From Malacoraja senta (lineage: Eukaryota): 64,000 nt of DNA. Of this stretch, positions 63,721 through 64,000 are shown one piece after another. Location of the stretch: positions 1 to 64,000 of the forward strand of contig JAXLNO010004798.1 of assembly GCA_038087875.1 (NCBI GenBank), in the 5' to 3' direction. Under the pieces are notes generated by a model. That model was not told where the DNA came from. It made no database searches and worked only from the letters and a program-made list of their open reading frames with translations. Position 1 is the stretch's first letter. Every line of letters starts with the position of its first letter. The translations under genes and the position numbers were made by a program.

Positions 63721-64000
63721 CTCATTAAATTCAGTTGGATCCTTGTTCGTAGAGCTTGCAGACATTATATGTTTGTCAGAAGGATGCGGACCATTCGTGT
63801 TACTTATCCAGGGCGTAGAAGTATCATGCAACTTTAAGAGCATGAAATCCTTTATAGCTGGATCAGAACAGACTTCATAGCGAAATGGTTTCGAGAGAGT
63901 CTCTCTCTGGTAAACATCTGCGTAATTGACAGGTACTTGAAGATTCACACTAGCCTTTTGAATTCCCTGAAGCGAGCCTCTTCTCGAGAAGTTGCTAATG
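63721..64000 (-). CDS. 3' end of protocadherin variable exon 5 (cytoplasmic part; rest lies beyond the window)
   Basis: GIQKASVNLQVPVNYADV..LSKPFRYEVC matches the variable cytoplasmic domains of exons 1-3; donor GAG|GTAAAT at 63721/63720. Confidence 0.85.

Overview
Vertebrate genomic DNA, almost certainly from a cartilaginous fish and probably a skate or ray (inferred from HE1-type V-SINEs and elasmobranch-style CR1 and Penelope repeats). The window is part of a clustered protocadherin (Pcdh) locus transcribed on the minus strand. It holds three intact large variable exons (ATG 4555, 11567, 48444), one frameshifted pseudo-exon (55855-53404) and the 3' end of a fifth exon at the right edge. 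All five end at a phase-0 GAG|GT donor, and the four visible promoters share a fixed-spacing ATTGG..CCAAT..TTAAA module. No constant exons were recognised. The ~34 kb between exons 2 and 3 contains a 9.4 kb env-less class I (epsilon-like) endogenous retrovirus with both LTRs, a tRNA-Pro PBS, a PPT, a TSD and a 2H-phosphoesterase-like insert in pol. It also contains a Tx1-clade LINE, CR1 and Rex1 LINEs, SINEs and what looks like a heavily decayed, TE-fragmented 'ghost' Pcdh exon (30949-23656). Other notable structures are a 247-bp near-perfect palindrome, a fold-back CR1 end, a retroposon with a 35-bp TSD, and degenerate minimal hammerhead-ribozyme motifs in Penelope-like repeats. There are three assembly gaps. 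All calls were made by eye from the sequence and the ORF track; no database searches were run.
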